A DNA stretch of 64,000 nucleotides from a virus (taxonomy: Duplodnaviria > Caudoviricetes): the IMG/VR virus record IMGVR_UViG_3300028833_000058, one strand, 5' to 3'. The notes beneath the pieces were generated by a model. The model worked only from the letters and a program-made list of their open reading frames with translations. It was not told where the DNA came from and ran no database searches. A program made the translations under genes and the position numbers. Of the stretch, positions 50,284 through 58,640 are shown piece after piece. Within the stretch, counting starts at the first letter, position 1. Each line of letters begins with the position of its first letter.

Positions 50284-50534
50284 TTATTAACTCCTTTTGT
50301 TTTAGAATAATCCTTTGCTTACGATAATCATCACGTACTTTTTCTAAAACTTTTTTCTTTTCCTCATTGTCTTGATTATAAAAATCATTCAACTGTTGAG
50401 CTTCATGCTCATCTTCGATATATTGTTGTATCTTCAAGTGATTTATCATAGTTACTCCTGAATGAAACGTGACTGATTAAACTGAAATAAATATACATTT
50501 CAGTTACAGATAAGTAAAGACAATTTTTAGTTAT

Positions 50535-50785
50535 TTACCAGAAATAATATTTGTTTAAAGTTTCTAAATCTTCTTTTGTAACTTTGTAATTGGAATCATT
50601 ACAAATCACAGCGTCTACACCACAATATGGACATACAGCCGTTTTTCTTTTGTCTGTCCATTCTTTAACATTTTCTGGTGGGAAAGTACGTTTACAGTAA
50701 AAACAACCACACAAGTCAGTTTTTTCTATCTTTTCTTTATTGTAGATAGCACATTTGTGTAATTTTACTACTCTTTTTGATTCAT
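50535..50785 (-). pseudogene. Small Cys-rich protein frame (CGCFYC...CPYCGVDAVI) with out-of-frame start
   Basis: Conserved-looking frame lacks an in-frame start; the nearby ATG frame reads MNQKE** across an A5 run. Confidence 0.45.
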
Positions 50786-51415
50786 GGTAGTTTTTTTTGT
50801 TTTATTAAAGAAAAAGTTGGTCTTTTTAACCCAGGCAGGAGAAGAACCAACAGAAACTCCATAGAAGGTAACATTAACCTAGTTACCACGGTTTATCATT
50901 CCAGGGCTCTTTCTTGCAGAGCAGCAGATAGTTTCTTTTATGTTCTAGAACTAACAAATACAGTTACACAACGTCTAACTAACGGATGGGTTGTGATAAA
51001 TAGTTATCCCATCAACTATTGGAACTAACAATGAATAAAAAATGATAATTAAGAGATTTTTTATTCGTCTTGTATATTACACAATAATTTTAAAAAGTAA
51101 AGACATTATTTCTTTTTCTTTTTATTATCCACAACAACAGGAACTTCTTTCTTAGGTTCTCTGACGTTGCACTTTGGGGCCTTACCAACATCTTCTGATA
51201 AGTTCTTGATGATAGGACTTAATTTGAGATGTTTAGCCCATTTCTTTTTGAACATCATCTCTTCGAATGATTTCTTCTTCTGTTCAATGTCCATTAACAA
51301 TCTCCTTCTTTGTTGTTATAAGTGTATATAATAGAACAATAAAAAGTTGGACATTTGTAAAGTTTTTGTAGAATTTTATAAAAAAAAGCGTGTCCATAAG
51401 AACACGCTCTATTGT

Positions 51416-51949
51416 TTATCTGGTAATCTGATAGAAGTAATACCTCTTATTTCCGATTCTAACAATTCTAATCATCATAAACGGAAATTCACCTAAACCA
51501 AATAAAGCTTCATATCTTTTGTACTTTGGTTTAGTAAGAGTAAGACCTAAATCTTCTTTTACGTCATTTTCAACTTCTTGAAGTAAATATTCGCATACTT
51601 CATTTGAGCAAAATTCAACATCTTTTTTACAACACAACGGTTGTTCGTGTACCATACCTCTTTCTAAATAATCTTTAAAGTATTCTTTAACGTCAGTTTT
51701 CAATTCTTCATATTCTAAAGCTTGATTTTGATAAGTAATATGTCTTCCTTTATCATCAAAAATGCCATAAGCTCTAATATTGAATAAAGAATCTGTTAAA
51801 CTTTCATCATCTTGTTTCAACATAGACAAGTAATGTTTAACAATCTCAAAACATTTATCAGCAAAATCACGTTTACAATCATTAGTGATATCATCAATAG
51901 AGTTATCACCGAGTTCACGAAAATTGTGGACAGTTTCTTTTTTTAACAT
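51416..51949 (-). CDS. Hypothetical protein
   Basis: SD AAGGA; terminator hairpin at about 51381-51409. Confidence 0.55.
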   Translation of the reverse strand: MLKKETVHNFRELGDNSIDDITNDCKRDFADKCFEIVKHYLSMLKQDDESLTDSLFNIRAYGIFDDKGRHITYQNQALEYEELKTDVKEYFKDYLERGMVHEQPLCCKKDVEFCSNEVCEYLLQEVENDVKEDLGLTLTKPKYKRYEALFGLGEFPFMMIRIVRIGNKRYYFYQITR

Positions 51950-52103
51950 ATCTTTTTCCTTTATGGTTAATGGGTTCAGAATGGTTACTGAACATGTCTT
52001 TTACAATTCATCTAACAAGTTAGATGACAGAAATAAATTTACATCTATTTCTGTCATATTATAGAACTTATTTTATTTTATCCACAAAGAAAATTTATTA
52101 GTT

Positions 52104-52775
52104 TTAAAATTTCATCTTTCGACCTTTTTTCCAGCCTTGAGCTACAAATTGGTCTAAAAATTCTTTTTTTATACTTTTATTTTGTTTTAATTCGTCATTG
52201 TATACCCAACAATGACCATAGTTTGAATTTAAATTCCCTTTTTGACGAATTGAATTTTTTATAGCTATTTTCTTCTTTGTTTCTTCTGTTAAATGTTTTC
52301 CTTTCATTGGGTTTTCATGTGTTCTATAGTATTCTTTAAGTCCGTTTGATATTCTTTCTATGTATTCGGAATATTCTTTTTGTGTCATTGATGTCCAAAA
52401 TTTCTTATTTCCAATGATACATGGGTGATTTTTTCCATATTCAATCCAGTTGTTTTTCGCTTTTATAGATTGGATTTCATGATTGTTACAACAATAATCC
52501 CATCCACCTTCTCCACCAACTTTTATGTTATATGTATCAACTCTTTTTATAAATTCTTCATCGACAAGTTCTTTTTCTTTTTGATTCATTTCTTCTTCAC
52601 TCTTACATTCAAATAAAATTTCTTTTTTAAAATTGTTTAATCCATACTTTTTGAATGCTTCAAAAAGTATTTTTCCAGAACCCATGTATTCATCATTTAT
52701 CTTATCAGTTTTATGTTTTCCAATGTAAATTTTATTGTTTAAAACGTTTGTTATTTTATATATTAAAAAGTACAT
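52104..52775 (-). mobile_element. GIY-YIG (Seg-like) homing endonuclease with NUMOD3, at the end of tRNA operon 1
   Basis: IYKITN...KIYIGKH...YMGSG; MKGKHLTEETKKKI; start revised to ATG 52775 (SD AAGGAG). Confidence 0.88.
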
Positions 52776-52823
52776 AACTGTCTCCTTATGTACTAGAACT
52801 TTTTTGTACACAAATTTTTGAAA

Positions 52824-52898
52824 TGGCACAGGATGGTTAGAATCGAACTACCATCTTTCGGGTTGGAGCCGAATATTTTACCATTAAACTAATCCTGC
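52824..52898 (-). tRNA. tRNA-Trp(CCA)
   Basis: Cloverleaf, TTCGG-CTCCAAC-CCGAA, CCA end. Confidence 0.9.
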
Positions 52899-52903
52899 AT
52901 CAA

Positions 52904-52981
52904 TGGGGTGGTCGGTGAGGATTTGAACCCACATTCACTAGAACCACAATCTAGGGCTTTAACCAATTAAGCTACGACCAC
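52904..52981 (-). tRNA. tRNA-His(GTG)
   Basis: CTAGA-TTGTGGT-TCTAG, CCA end. Confidence 0.92.
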
Positions 52982-53026
52982 AAGAATATACCACATTACT
53001 GATATATGCTTCTAGTCGCAAAAAAA

Positions 53027-53100
53027 TGGCAGAGGTTGACTGACTCGAACAATCATCTTTGGTTTTGGAGACCAGTGTTCTACCTTTGAACTAAACCTCC
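53027..53100 (-). tRNA. tRNA-Trp(CCA), second divergent copy
   Basis: TGGT-CTCCAAA-ACCA, CCA end. Confidence 0.88.
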
Positions 53101-53102
53101 GT

Positions 53103-53177
53103 TGGAGCGACTCATGAGAATTGAACTCATATCTCTAGTTTGGAAGACTAGCATAATAGCCATTATACGAGAATCGC
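53103..53177 (-). tRNA. tRNA-Gly(TCC)
   Basis: CTAGT-CTTCCAA-ACTAG. Confidence 0.92.
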
Positions 53178-53179
53178 AT

Positions 53180-53253
53180 TGGAGAACCGCACAGGAGTCT
53201 AACCTGCCTAATTCGGGTTGCAGCCGAACACATAAACGCTCTGTCAACGGTCC
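53180..53253 (-). tRNA. tRNA-Cys(GCA)
   Basis: TTCGG-CTGCAAC-CCGAA, U discriminator. Confidence 0.88.
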
Positions 53254-53255
53254 AT

Positions 53256-53333
53256 TGGTGGCAATAACTTGAATCGAACAAGTAACTTCATCCTTATGAG
53301 AGATGCGTTCTAACCAAATTGAACTATATTGCC
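53256..53333 (-). tRNA. tRNA-Met(CAT), probably elongator
   Basis: CATCT-CTCATAA-GGATG; operon leader contains an internal ATG. Confidence 0.85.
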
Positions 53334-53336
53334 ATT

Positions 53337-53412
53337 TGGTGAAGATGGTGAGAATCGAACTCACACTCCCCTGATTAAAAGTCAGGTGCTTTACCGATTA
53401 AGCTACATCTTC
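53337..53412 (-). tRNA. tRNA-Lys(TTT)
   Basis: CCTGA-CTTTTAA-TCAGG. Confidence 0.93.
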
Positions 53413-53414
53413 AA

Positions 53415-53490
53415 TGGTGGATACCCCAAGAATCGAACTCGGTCCTTCTGTTCTTCAGACAGACGTACGCACCAGCTATACCAGATATCC
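53415..53490 (-). tRNA. tRNA-Phe(GAA)
   Basis: TCTGT-CTGAAGA-ACAGA. Confidence 0.9.
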
Positions 53491-53492
53491 AT

Positions 53493-53571
53493 TGGTGGAG
53501 AATGTGAGTTTTGAACTCACCTGAATTTCTCGGTGCAAACGAGATGACCACCCCAAGCAGTCCCATTCCCC
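53493..53571 (-). tRNA. tRNA-Ala(TGC)
   Basis: TCTCG-TTTGCAC-CGAGA; G3:U70 pair. Confidence 0.9.
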
Positions 53572-53601
53572 ACGAAATTTATAATATATACCTAAAAATA
53601 A

Positions 53602-53637
53602 GAAAAACCCCCGAAACTTTTTATTTTTTCGGAGGTT
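53602..53637 (-). terminator. Attenuator terminator upstream of tRNA operon 1
   Basis: AACCTCCGAAA-loop-TTTCGGGGGTT followed by TTTCTT. Confidence 0.8.
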
Positions 53638-53676
53638 GTACAATTTTTTACTTAGAGCCAAGAAATAAAGTTTTAG

Positions 53677-53754
53677 TTAATAGTCGACACCTCCGTCAGT
53701 TTTACCTGCGAATCCAAACATGTGCCAACATTTCTTAACTAATCTATTCATCAT
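53677..53754 (-). CDS. Leader peptide 1, MMNRLVKKCWHMFGFAGKTDGGVDY
   Basis: 25 aa ORF with SD AAGGAG; its codons match the downstream Ala/Phe/Lys/Met/Cys/Gly/Trp/His tRNAs. Confidence 0.85.
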   Translation of the reverse strand: MMNRLVKKCWHMFGFAGKTDGGVDY

Positions 53755-53787
53755 ATTAAATAGAACTCCTTTTTCTTTACTTCTTCT

Positions 53788-53816
53788 CTTATATCAAACT
53801 TTTTTCATAAAGTCAA
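53788..53816 (-). promoter_or_regulatory. Sigma70-like promoter upstream of leader 1
   Basis: TTGACT-17-TATAAG; a GTTCTA motif also lies at 53766-53761. Confidence 0.5.
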
Positions 53817-53836
53817 GTATTTTTTTTTAAGATTTT

Positions 53837-53964
53837 TGTCAAAGAGAATTTTTCAAACAGATTTTTGCAGCAGGACTTGAACCTGCATAGCTTTTCAGCT
53901 GTTGTTTTTTGAGAACAATGTGTATACCATTTCACGATGCAACTGTTTGACCGCTTCTTTGACA
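53837..53964 (-). ncRNA. Y-RNA-like (YrlA-type) RNA with tRNA-Leu(CAA)-like domain
   Basis: Terminal stem GTCAAAG-AAGCGG-TCAAACAG / CTGTTTGA-AAAATTCT-CTTTGAC enclosing D arm, CT-CAA-AA loop, long variable arm and GGTTCAAGTCC T arm; downstream of TROVE. Confidence 0.75.
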
Positions 53965-54067
53965 TAATAACTAAATGAAAAACTTTACGTATTTTTCTTG
54001 AGTACTTCTCAACAACGGTTAGTCAACATTGGAGAGGGGGTATGAAGCCCTAGAAGTAATTAGTTTG

Positions 54068-54188
54068 TGGTAAAGAGTATAAATAGAACAGGTTTATTGC
54101 AGTAGGACTTGAACCTACAATCCTTTGATTAAAAATCAAATGTTTTATCCACTTAAACGATGCAACTGTTCCAACCGCTTCTTTACCA
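54068..54188 (-). ncRNA. Y-RNA-like (YrlA-type) RNA with tRNA-Lys(TTT)-like domain
   Basis: Same AAGCGG/CTCT stem motif; TTTGA-TTTTTAA-TCAAA arm; GTAGG-TTCAAGT-CCTAC. Confidence 0.75.
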
Positions 54189-54199
54189 AAATTTATGCT

Positions 54200-54273
54200 C
54201 GAAGAGAATATTTAGAAATTGTGTATTTAGTCAACAACCCTTAGACGATGTAACAATTTCAACCGCTTCTTCG
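54200..54273 (-). ncRNA. Short Y-RNA-like RNA (no tRNA domain)
   Basis: CGAAG-AAGCGG-TTGAAATTG-TTACATCG...CAATTTC...TTCTCTTCG. Confidence 0.65.
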
Positions 54274-54282
54274 CTCTAATAA

Positions 54283-54597
54283 TTATTCACACAAATCAGA
54301 GTTTGTACATGAGTTGTATGGCTTACGACTATATGAAACTTCTTCATAAGTTTTTGGCTCATAAACTGTAGTATAAGTAACATCTTTGTAAATTACTTCT
54401 ACTGGTTTAGAAATAGTGTAACTTGTTGAACAAGTGTTACATTCATTGTTGTAAGAACGATATGTGTTGTAAGAAGGTTTAGTGTAGTTTACAACAGGTT
54501 TTTGTTCTTCAACTTTTGGAGTAACAATTACTTCTTCTGTTTCAGCACAAGTACAAGCACTTAATAAAATAGAGCATAACATTAAAACTTTTTTCAT
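54283..54597 (-). CDS. Small putative lipoprotein
   Basis: MKK + hydrophobic stretch + LSAC lipobox. Confidence 0.7.
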   Translation of the reverse strand: MKKVLMLCSILLSACTCAETEEVIVTPKVEEQKPVVNYTKPSYNTYRSYNNECNTCSTSYTISKPVEVIYKDVTYTTVYEPKTYEEVSYSRKPYNSCTNSDLCE

Positions 54598-54629
54598 GTC
54601 AATTACCTTTCGAACGTTGTTGATAAGTT

Positions 54630-54721
54630 AGTGAGGATTAGAGTATCATAAAGATTTGTTATTTCTAAAGCAGATTACATGTCTGGACTCGATGTAAATC
54701 TTTAACCGCTTAATCCTCACT
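54630..54721 (-). ncRNA. Y-RNA-like RNA immediately after the TROVE stop
   Basis: AGTGAGGATT-AAGCGG-TTAAAGAT-TTACATCG...ATCTTTA...ACTCT-AATCCTCACT. Confidence 0.65.
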
Positions 54722-54724
54722 TTC

Positions 54725-56353
54725 TTAGTCATTTACCGATGTCTTTATTTTAATAGAACTCTTCTTTTCTACTTTTTCATCTGTAATATTATCCATTCTA
54801 TCCCAAATGTCAATTAAAGTTTTAGCATAAATGGATTCTTTACCAGTCCAACCAGTTAGAATACTTGTTCTGTATTCATTTTCTGGCATTACATTGTTGT
54901 CATAGCCAGCTGTTTGAATAGAAAAGATATTAACTTTTGCATTAACCTTTCTTCTATATTCTTGAACAAGCTTTAAGACATCAATGAATTTTGAATTGTT
55001 GTATAAATAATCACGATAATGATGTTCATTTAATCCATACAATCCACCATGACCAGCTTGCATATCAGAGTAGATGAAAATGTTATCGTAATGTATCTTT
55101 TTCTTTATAGCTTCGTCAAAGAATAACCATATACCATTTTCAGTACTAGCACCGATGTTGTGTGAATGTCTACATTGAATTCTATCTAATTGAGACAGTA
55201 CACCATCTCTTTTGTTGACTGATTCGATTTCTAACCTATCTCCAAAGATTCCAACATACCCTTCATCAGAATTAATAGCTGTCATAACTGAAGATAAGTT
55301 ATCAATTTCAGCAACTTTAGTAGAACCATATTCAGTAGTTAATGCACCCCATGCTGAACCAGAGTTATCCGACAAGCAGATGGTCTTACCCTTTAACTTA
55401 GGGAAATTGTCCATTGCTCTATCTATACATCTGTTCAAGCTTTCTACAATAGCAGATTCACCCTTAACACGTGGATTAGAAGTTTGAATAGCCTTTAATG
55501 CAGACCAATATCTAAATGGAAATTGCTTACCCTTTTCGACACCGTTTTCAAGCATTTCAAGAACTTGCTTTCTGACATCTTCATCTTCAATCTCAGTAAA
55601 AATACCACGTAAGTTTCTTAAAAGAGCCATATGTGGGACATAAGTTGCTTGTAAAATTTCTGTCCAAGTTTTACCAGCACTTCTTAACTTTTCCCAAGTA
55701 GATTCTTCTTCTGTAACTTCAATAGTACCAGACTTCATAAGTTCATCAATGTCTTCAGAGTGAGCATGACAAATACGAACTAAGTCGATGATTTTAGCAC
55801 TTGTCTTGTACTTAGCCAATTGATATTTTTTAGTTACAGATAATTTGTTAGCCCATGCTCTTTTTAAGATAGATGGTAATTTACTTTTGGAGCCATTGAA
55901 GAACATCCACAATTCGAACTGATTCCAAATGTCAGTAGGAATGTTGATAACTTCTTCAATGCAACTACGCATGAACACCTTGTTTTCTTCATTAAAAGCT
56001 TTTCTACCATCATACATTACAGCTCTAACCATAATCAAAGCTGGGTTTAAACGCATATTGTATTCATATCTTAACTTTTTAGCAAGATTTAATACACCTT
56101 CGAAATCATAAGCTAAAGCATTGTCACAAGCTTCAACAAAAGTTGCTGTTGTACCAGATAACTCTTTGTTGTTAGCACCATCGTTTTTGTAATATGACTT
56201 TTCACCAAAAATAGATGACGCAGCAACCATTTCTAGCTCTAGCAATGGGTTAGTTTTATAGGAAATACCATTCATGAAGTTTACAACTTGCTCATCTTTG
56301 TGCTTGTTGTAATCTGCTTCAGATTTCTTTGCATAACCTGAGAATTTAGACAT
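54725..56353 (-). CDS. Ro60/Rsr TROVE-domain RNA-binding protein with C-terminal vWA domain
   Basis: DLVRICH, TWE, PHMALLRNLR, KQFPFRYWSA, vWA DNSGS...SDMQ, GW. Confidence 0.9.
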   Translation of the reverse strand: MSKFSGYAKKSEADYNKHKDEQVVNFMNGISYKTNPLLELEMVAASSIFGEKSYYKNDGANNKELSGTTATFVEACDNALAYDFEGVLNLAKKLRYEYNMRLNPALIMVRAVMYDGRKAFNEENKVFMRSCIEEVINIPTDIWNQFELWMFFNGSKSKLPSILKRAWANKLSVTKKYQLAKYKTSAKIIDLVRICHAHSEDIDELMKSGTIEVTEEESTWEKLRSAGKTWTEILQATYVPHMALLRNLRGIFTEIEDEDVRKQVLEMLENGVEKGKQFPFRYWSALKAIQTSNPRVKGESAIVESLNRCIDRAMDNFPKLKGKTICLSDNSGSAWGALTTEYGSTKVAEIDNLSSVMTAINSDEGYVGIFGDRLEIESVNKRDGVLSQLDRIQCRHSHNIGASTENGIWLFFDEAIKKKIHYDNIFIYSDMQAGHGGLYGLNEHHYRDYLYNNSKFIDVLKLVQEYRRKVNAKVNIFSIQTAGYDNNVMPENEYRTSILTGWTGKESIYAKTLIDIWDRMDNITDEKVEKKSSIKIKTSVND

Positions 56354-56387
56354 TTTAGTTCCTTCCTTTCTTTCTCGATTTGTTGTG

Positions 56388-56421
56388 ATTATATTTTCAA
56401 TTTTTGTTAAAGTAAAGTCAA
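56388..56421 (-). promoter_or_regulatory. Sigma70-like promoter of the TROVE/Y-RNA unit
   Basis: TTGACTTTACT...: TTTACT-17-TATAAT. Confidence 0.6.
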
Positions 56422-56448
56422 TTGTTGTAATTTATACACTTTAGCTGA

Positions 56449-56634
56449 TTAGTTAAGCACTAACTTGTTGAATTTAATGTTTAAATAATCAGCTATAGCT
56501 TTTTTCCAATTGAACTTCTTTACTTTCTTTTTCTTATTCGGCACTACTTTATGTTGAAATAGTGCATTGTGGTAAAGATTGAATAACAAACATCTCTCTT
56601 CACCTGTTTTAGTTCGTTTTGTTTTCTTTTTCAT
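56449..56634 (-). CDS. ArfA-like alternative ribosome rescue factor candidate
   Basis: Basic 61 aa; LYHNALFQHKVVPNKKK resembles ArfA LLHDPLFRQRVEKNKKG; long hairpin over the 3' end. Confidence 0.55.
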   Translation of the reverse strand: MKKKTKRTKTGEERCLLFNLYHNALFQHKVVPNKKKKVKKFNWKKAIADYLNIKFNKLVLN

Positions 56635-56826
56635 TTTATTTCTCCAAATTATTTTTAATATATTTTTTAAAATACTGACGAACTTTTTTATTGTAATCTT
56701 TAATCATAGCTTGAACAGCATTTTTGTCTCCACTACGTTTATAATCACTTTTATATTCTTCGTCAGGTTTTACATTTATGTTTTTATATCCTTTCATTTT
56801 ATTTCTCCGATAAAAAAGGGAGATTG

Positions 56827-57210
56827 TTATCTCCCGTTGTTTTTGTTACACGCTACGAAACTGCTGTACATTTCCTTGTTAATATTTATGTCCATAGTTT
56901 CAGCTCGTTCCCTCGCTTTTCTTTCATAATATTCAAATCTATCTTTTGTTAATGGATAAAAATACAAGGCTCTCGATTCCATTATTACTAACTTCTTCAA
57001 TTCCTTCTCTGATTTTTCAGCATATTCTTTACATAACATTCTAAAAAGACCGTCTTCTGTTTCTTCATCTTTTATAACGTGTCCATAATGTTTAGATAAC
57101 TTATAAGCTTGTAAATCAATGTTAGCTTGTGTTTCTATCGCTCTTTGTATGTCACCAGACAATTTGCTAAAATTAGACCCCTTTTCATCAGAAAAATGTC
57201 TATAGTCCAT
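56827..57210 (-). CDS. Hypothetical protein
   Basis: ORF track; GTTCTA motif upstream. Confidence 0.55.
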   Translation of the reverse strand: MDYRHFSDEKGSNFSKLSGDIQRAIETQANIDLQAYKLSKHYGHVIKDEETEDGLFRMLCKEYAEKSEKELKKLVIMESRALYFYPLTKDRFEYYERKARERAETMDININKEMYSSFVACNKNNGR

Positions 57211-57381
57211 TGTAATAATTCCCTATATATATGTGAAGTGTAATGTATAGAACTAAAAAATCGTTTGTCCATTTTAGAATAATGACCTAGGAAATTCTAA
57301 AACTCTATGTTAATTCATACGACAGGTTTTAACATTACTAAGATGTCATGGAACTACTGGGACAATTGTACAAAAAAGTGT

Positions 57382-57410
57382 TTGACATTTTGTCCAATCT
57401 AGTGTATAAA
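57382..57410 (+). promoter_or_regulatory. Near-consensus sigma70 promoter
   Basis: TTGACA-17-TATAAA, 4 nt before the ATG. Confidence 0.65.
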
Positions 57411-57414
57411 CTTT

Positions 57415-57723
57415 ATGTGTCAAACAACTGAACTGGACAAAGCAATGGATGTTTTACTTCGTATACTCATAATCTTTATGTTGTTATATATGGTCTATAT
57501 AACCATATCATCTATTTGGGAAGCTGGTGGTCGTACCATACTCGGAAGTATAATGTTTGTGGCCATGATGTGGGCCTTTTGTGCACTTTTAAATACAACT
57601 ATCGTACAAGCTCTTATAGCTTGTTGTTTTCTAGTTGTAATTGTCATGTTGGTACTTCAAGCTATAGCTTGTTTTCTTTCATCAATGATTAGTTATATCA
57701 ATAAGTTATTTAATCATGAATGA
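57415..57723 (+). CDS. Small membrane protein (3 TM)
   Basis: Hydrophobic; own promoter; opposite orientation to the island. Confidence 0.6.
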   Translation: MCQTTELDKAMDVLLRILIIFMLLYMVYITISSIWEAGGRTILGSIMFVAMMWAFCALLNTTIVQALIACCFLVVIVMLVLQAIACFLSSMISYINKLFNHE

Positions 57724-58084
57724 AAGAATCAATAAAATCTTCTAAACTAATTTTTTCACCAGTCTCTTTGTTTGTTGCAATCTGTTTGTCAAGACGTATC
57801 ACAAACGAATCGTTAGAAAGAACATATGCACTAAGTTGTCTAAATCCTCTATCTTTAAAGAATTGTAAGATATCTAAGTAGATTTTTGTGTCTTTTGATG
57901 GTTTAATTTTGTCCATATCGACTTTACCATTTCTCCAATCGTTATACATATATTTCGGTAACCATCCAACATATTTTATGCACCGTGTACAACGAATCCC
58001 AAATATTTCAGGATGCGTCTTAGAAATAATATGTTCAAAGTGCGTAGACCCACATATAGGACATATGAATTTATCATTCTTCAT
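57710..58084 (-). CDS. Zn-ribbon protein (start revised to 58084)
   Basis: CPICG...CTRC; SD GAGG. Confidence 0.6.
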   Translation of the reverse strand: MKNDKFICPICGSTHFEHIISKTHPEIFGIRCTRCIKYVGWLPKYMYNDWRNGKVDMDKIKPSKDTKIYLDILQFFKDRGFRQLSAYVLSNDSFVIRLDKQIATNKETGEKISLEDFIDSFIHD

Positions 58085-58105
58085 GAAACTTCCTCTCAGA
58101 TTTAG

Positions 58106-58179
58106 TGGTTTCGGGGGGTCGATTCGGACGACCATTAACGCAGTCAAAGTGCGCTATCCTACCATTAGACGACCCCGAA
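58106..58179 (-). tRNA. tRNA-Gln(TTG)
   Basis: GCGCA-CTTTGAC-TGCGT, CCA end; variant T loop TCCGAAT. Confidence 0.88.
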
Positions 58180-58186
58180 ATAAGAC

Positions 58187-58314
58187 GATTGGAGGAGGAG
58201 TCGAACCTCACACAATTAAGAATTACCGTTCTTAAAATTTTCCTCTACTTCCCGTCTTCTTAATCAAACTTTCTTTCGGTAAAAATACTTATTTGACATA
58301 GTAGAGCTCCAACC
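58187..58314 (-). ncRNA. Unclassified tRNA-like RNA, copy A
   Basis: GGTTGGAG/CTCCAATC stem, GAGG-TTCGACT-CCTC arm; covaries with copy B. Confidence 0.65.
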
Positions 58315-58349
58315 ATAAAAAAACAATAACTTTTTAATTGAATAGTTCA

Positions 58350-58640
58350 TCACTACCTTGTTCAGTTTGTGGTCTGGAACATATCTTCATCTTCAACATT
58401 ACTTGGCTAGATGGAATCCACTTGTTCTCTACACATTTATTACGAAAGTGCCAGAATCGAACTGGGAACTAAGATTACAACACCCATAGAAGTTATCTCA
58501 GTTTCTATCTATGCTCAATAGGGTCCAACACTATCTCACCTTCATAAATTTAGCTCGGTATTGTCATCAGCATTATCTGTTAAGATTTCACTGAATTCGG
58601 ATTCATTCAAATATACATTTCTGTATAAGTGTTCAGTTTT
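58350..58640 (-). mobile_element. Group I intron-like core joined to a tRNA-Gln 5' half (58644-58679)
   Basis: P3 AATCC/GGATT, P4 AATTCAGTGAA...AATACCGAGC, P7 AGAGAACA/ATATGTTCC, P8 CATCT/AGATG. Confidence 0.6.

Noticed and set aside
53080-53738. Track ORFs 53080-53364, 53329-53514, 53476-53661, 53511-53738
   Set aside because: They overlap tRNA genes or the attenuator; shadow ORFs.
53660-53760. T-box riboswitch explanation for the tRNA operon leaders
   Set aside because: No T-box consensus (AGGGTGGNACCGCG) or stem I; the leader ORF plus competing helices fit translational attenuation better.
53837-54721. CRISPR-like interpretation of the CCGCTT repeats
   Set aside because: Repeats are short, irregularly spaced and part of covarying stems; no cas genes.
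58440-58480. T-arm segment inside the intron as the missing 3' half of the tRNA-Gln fragment
   Set aside because: TCTTA could pair with TGAGA, but the acceptor strand (CACTTTCG) does not match TTCGGGG and pairs locally instead.
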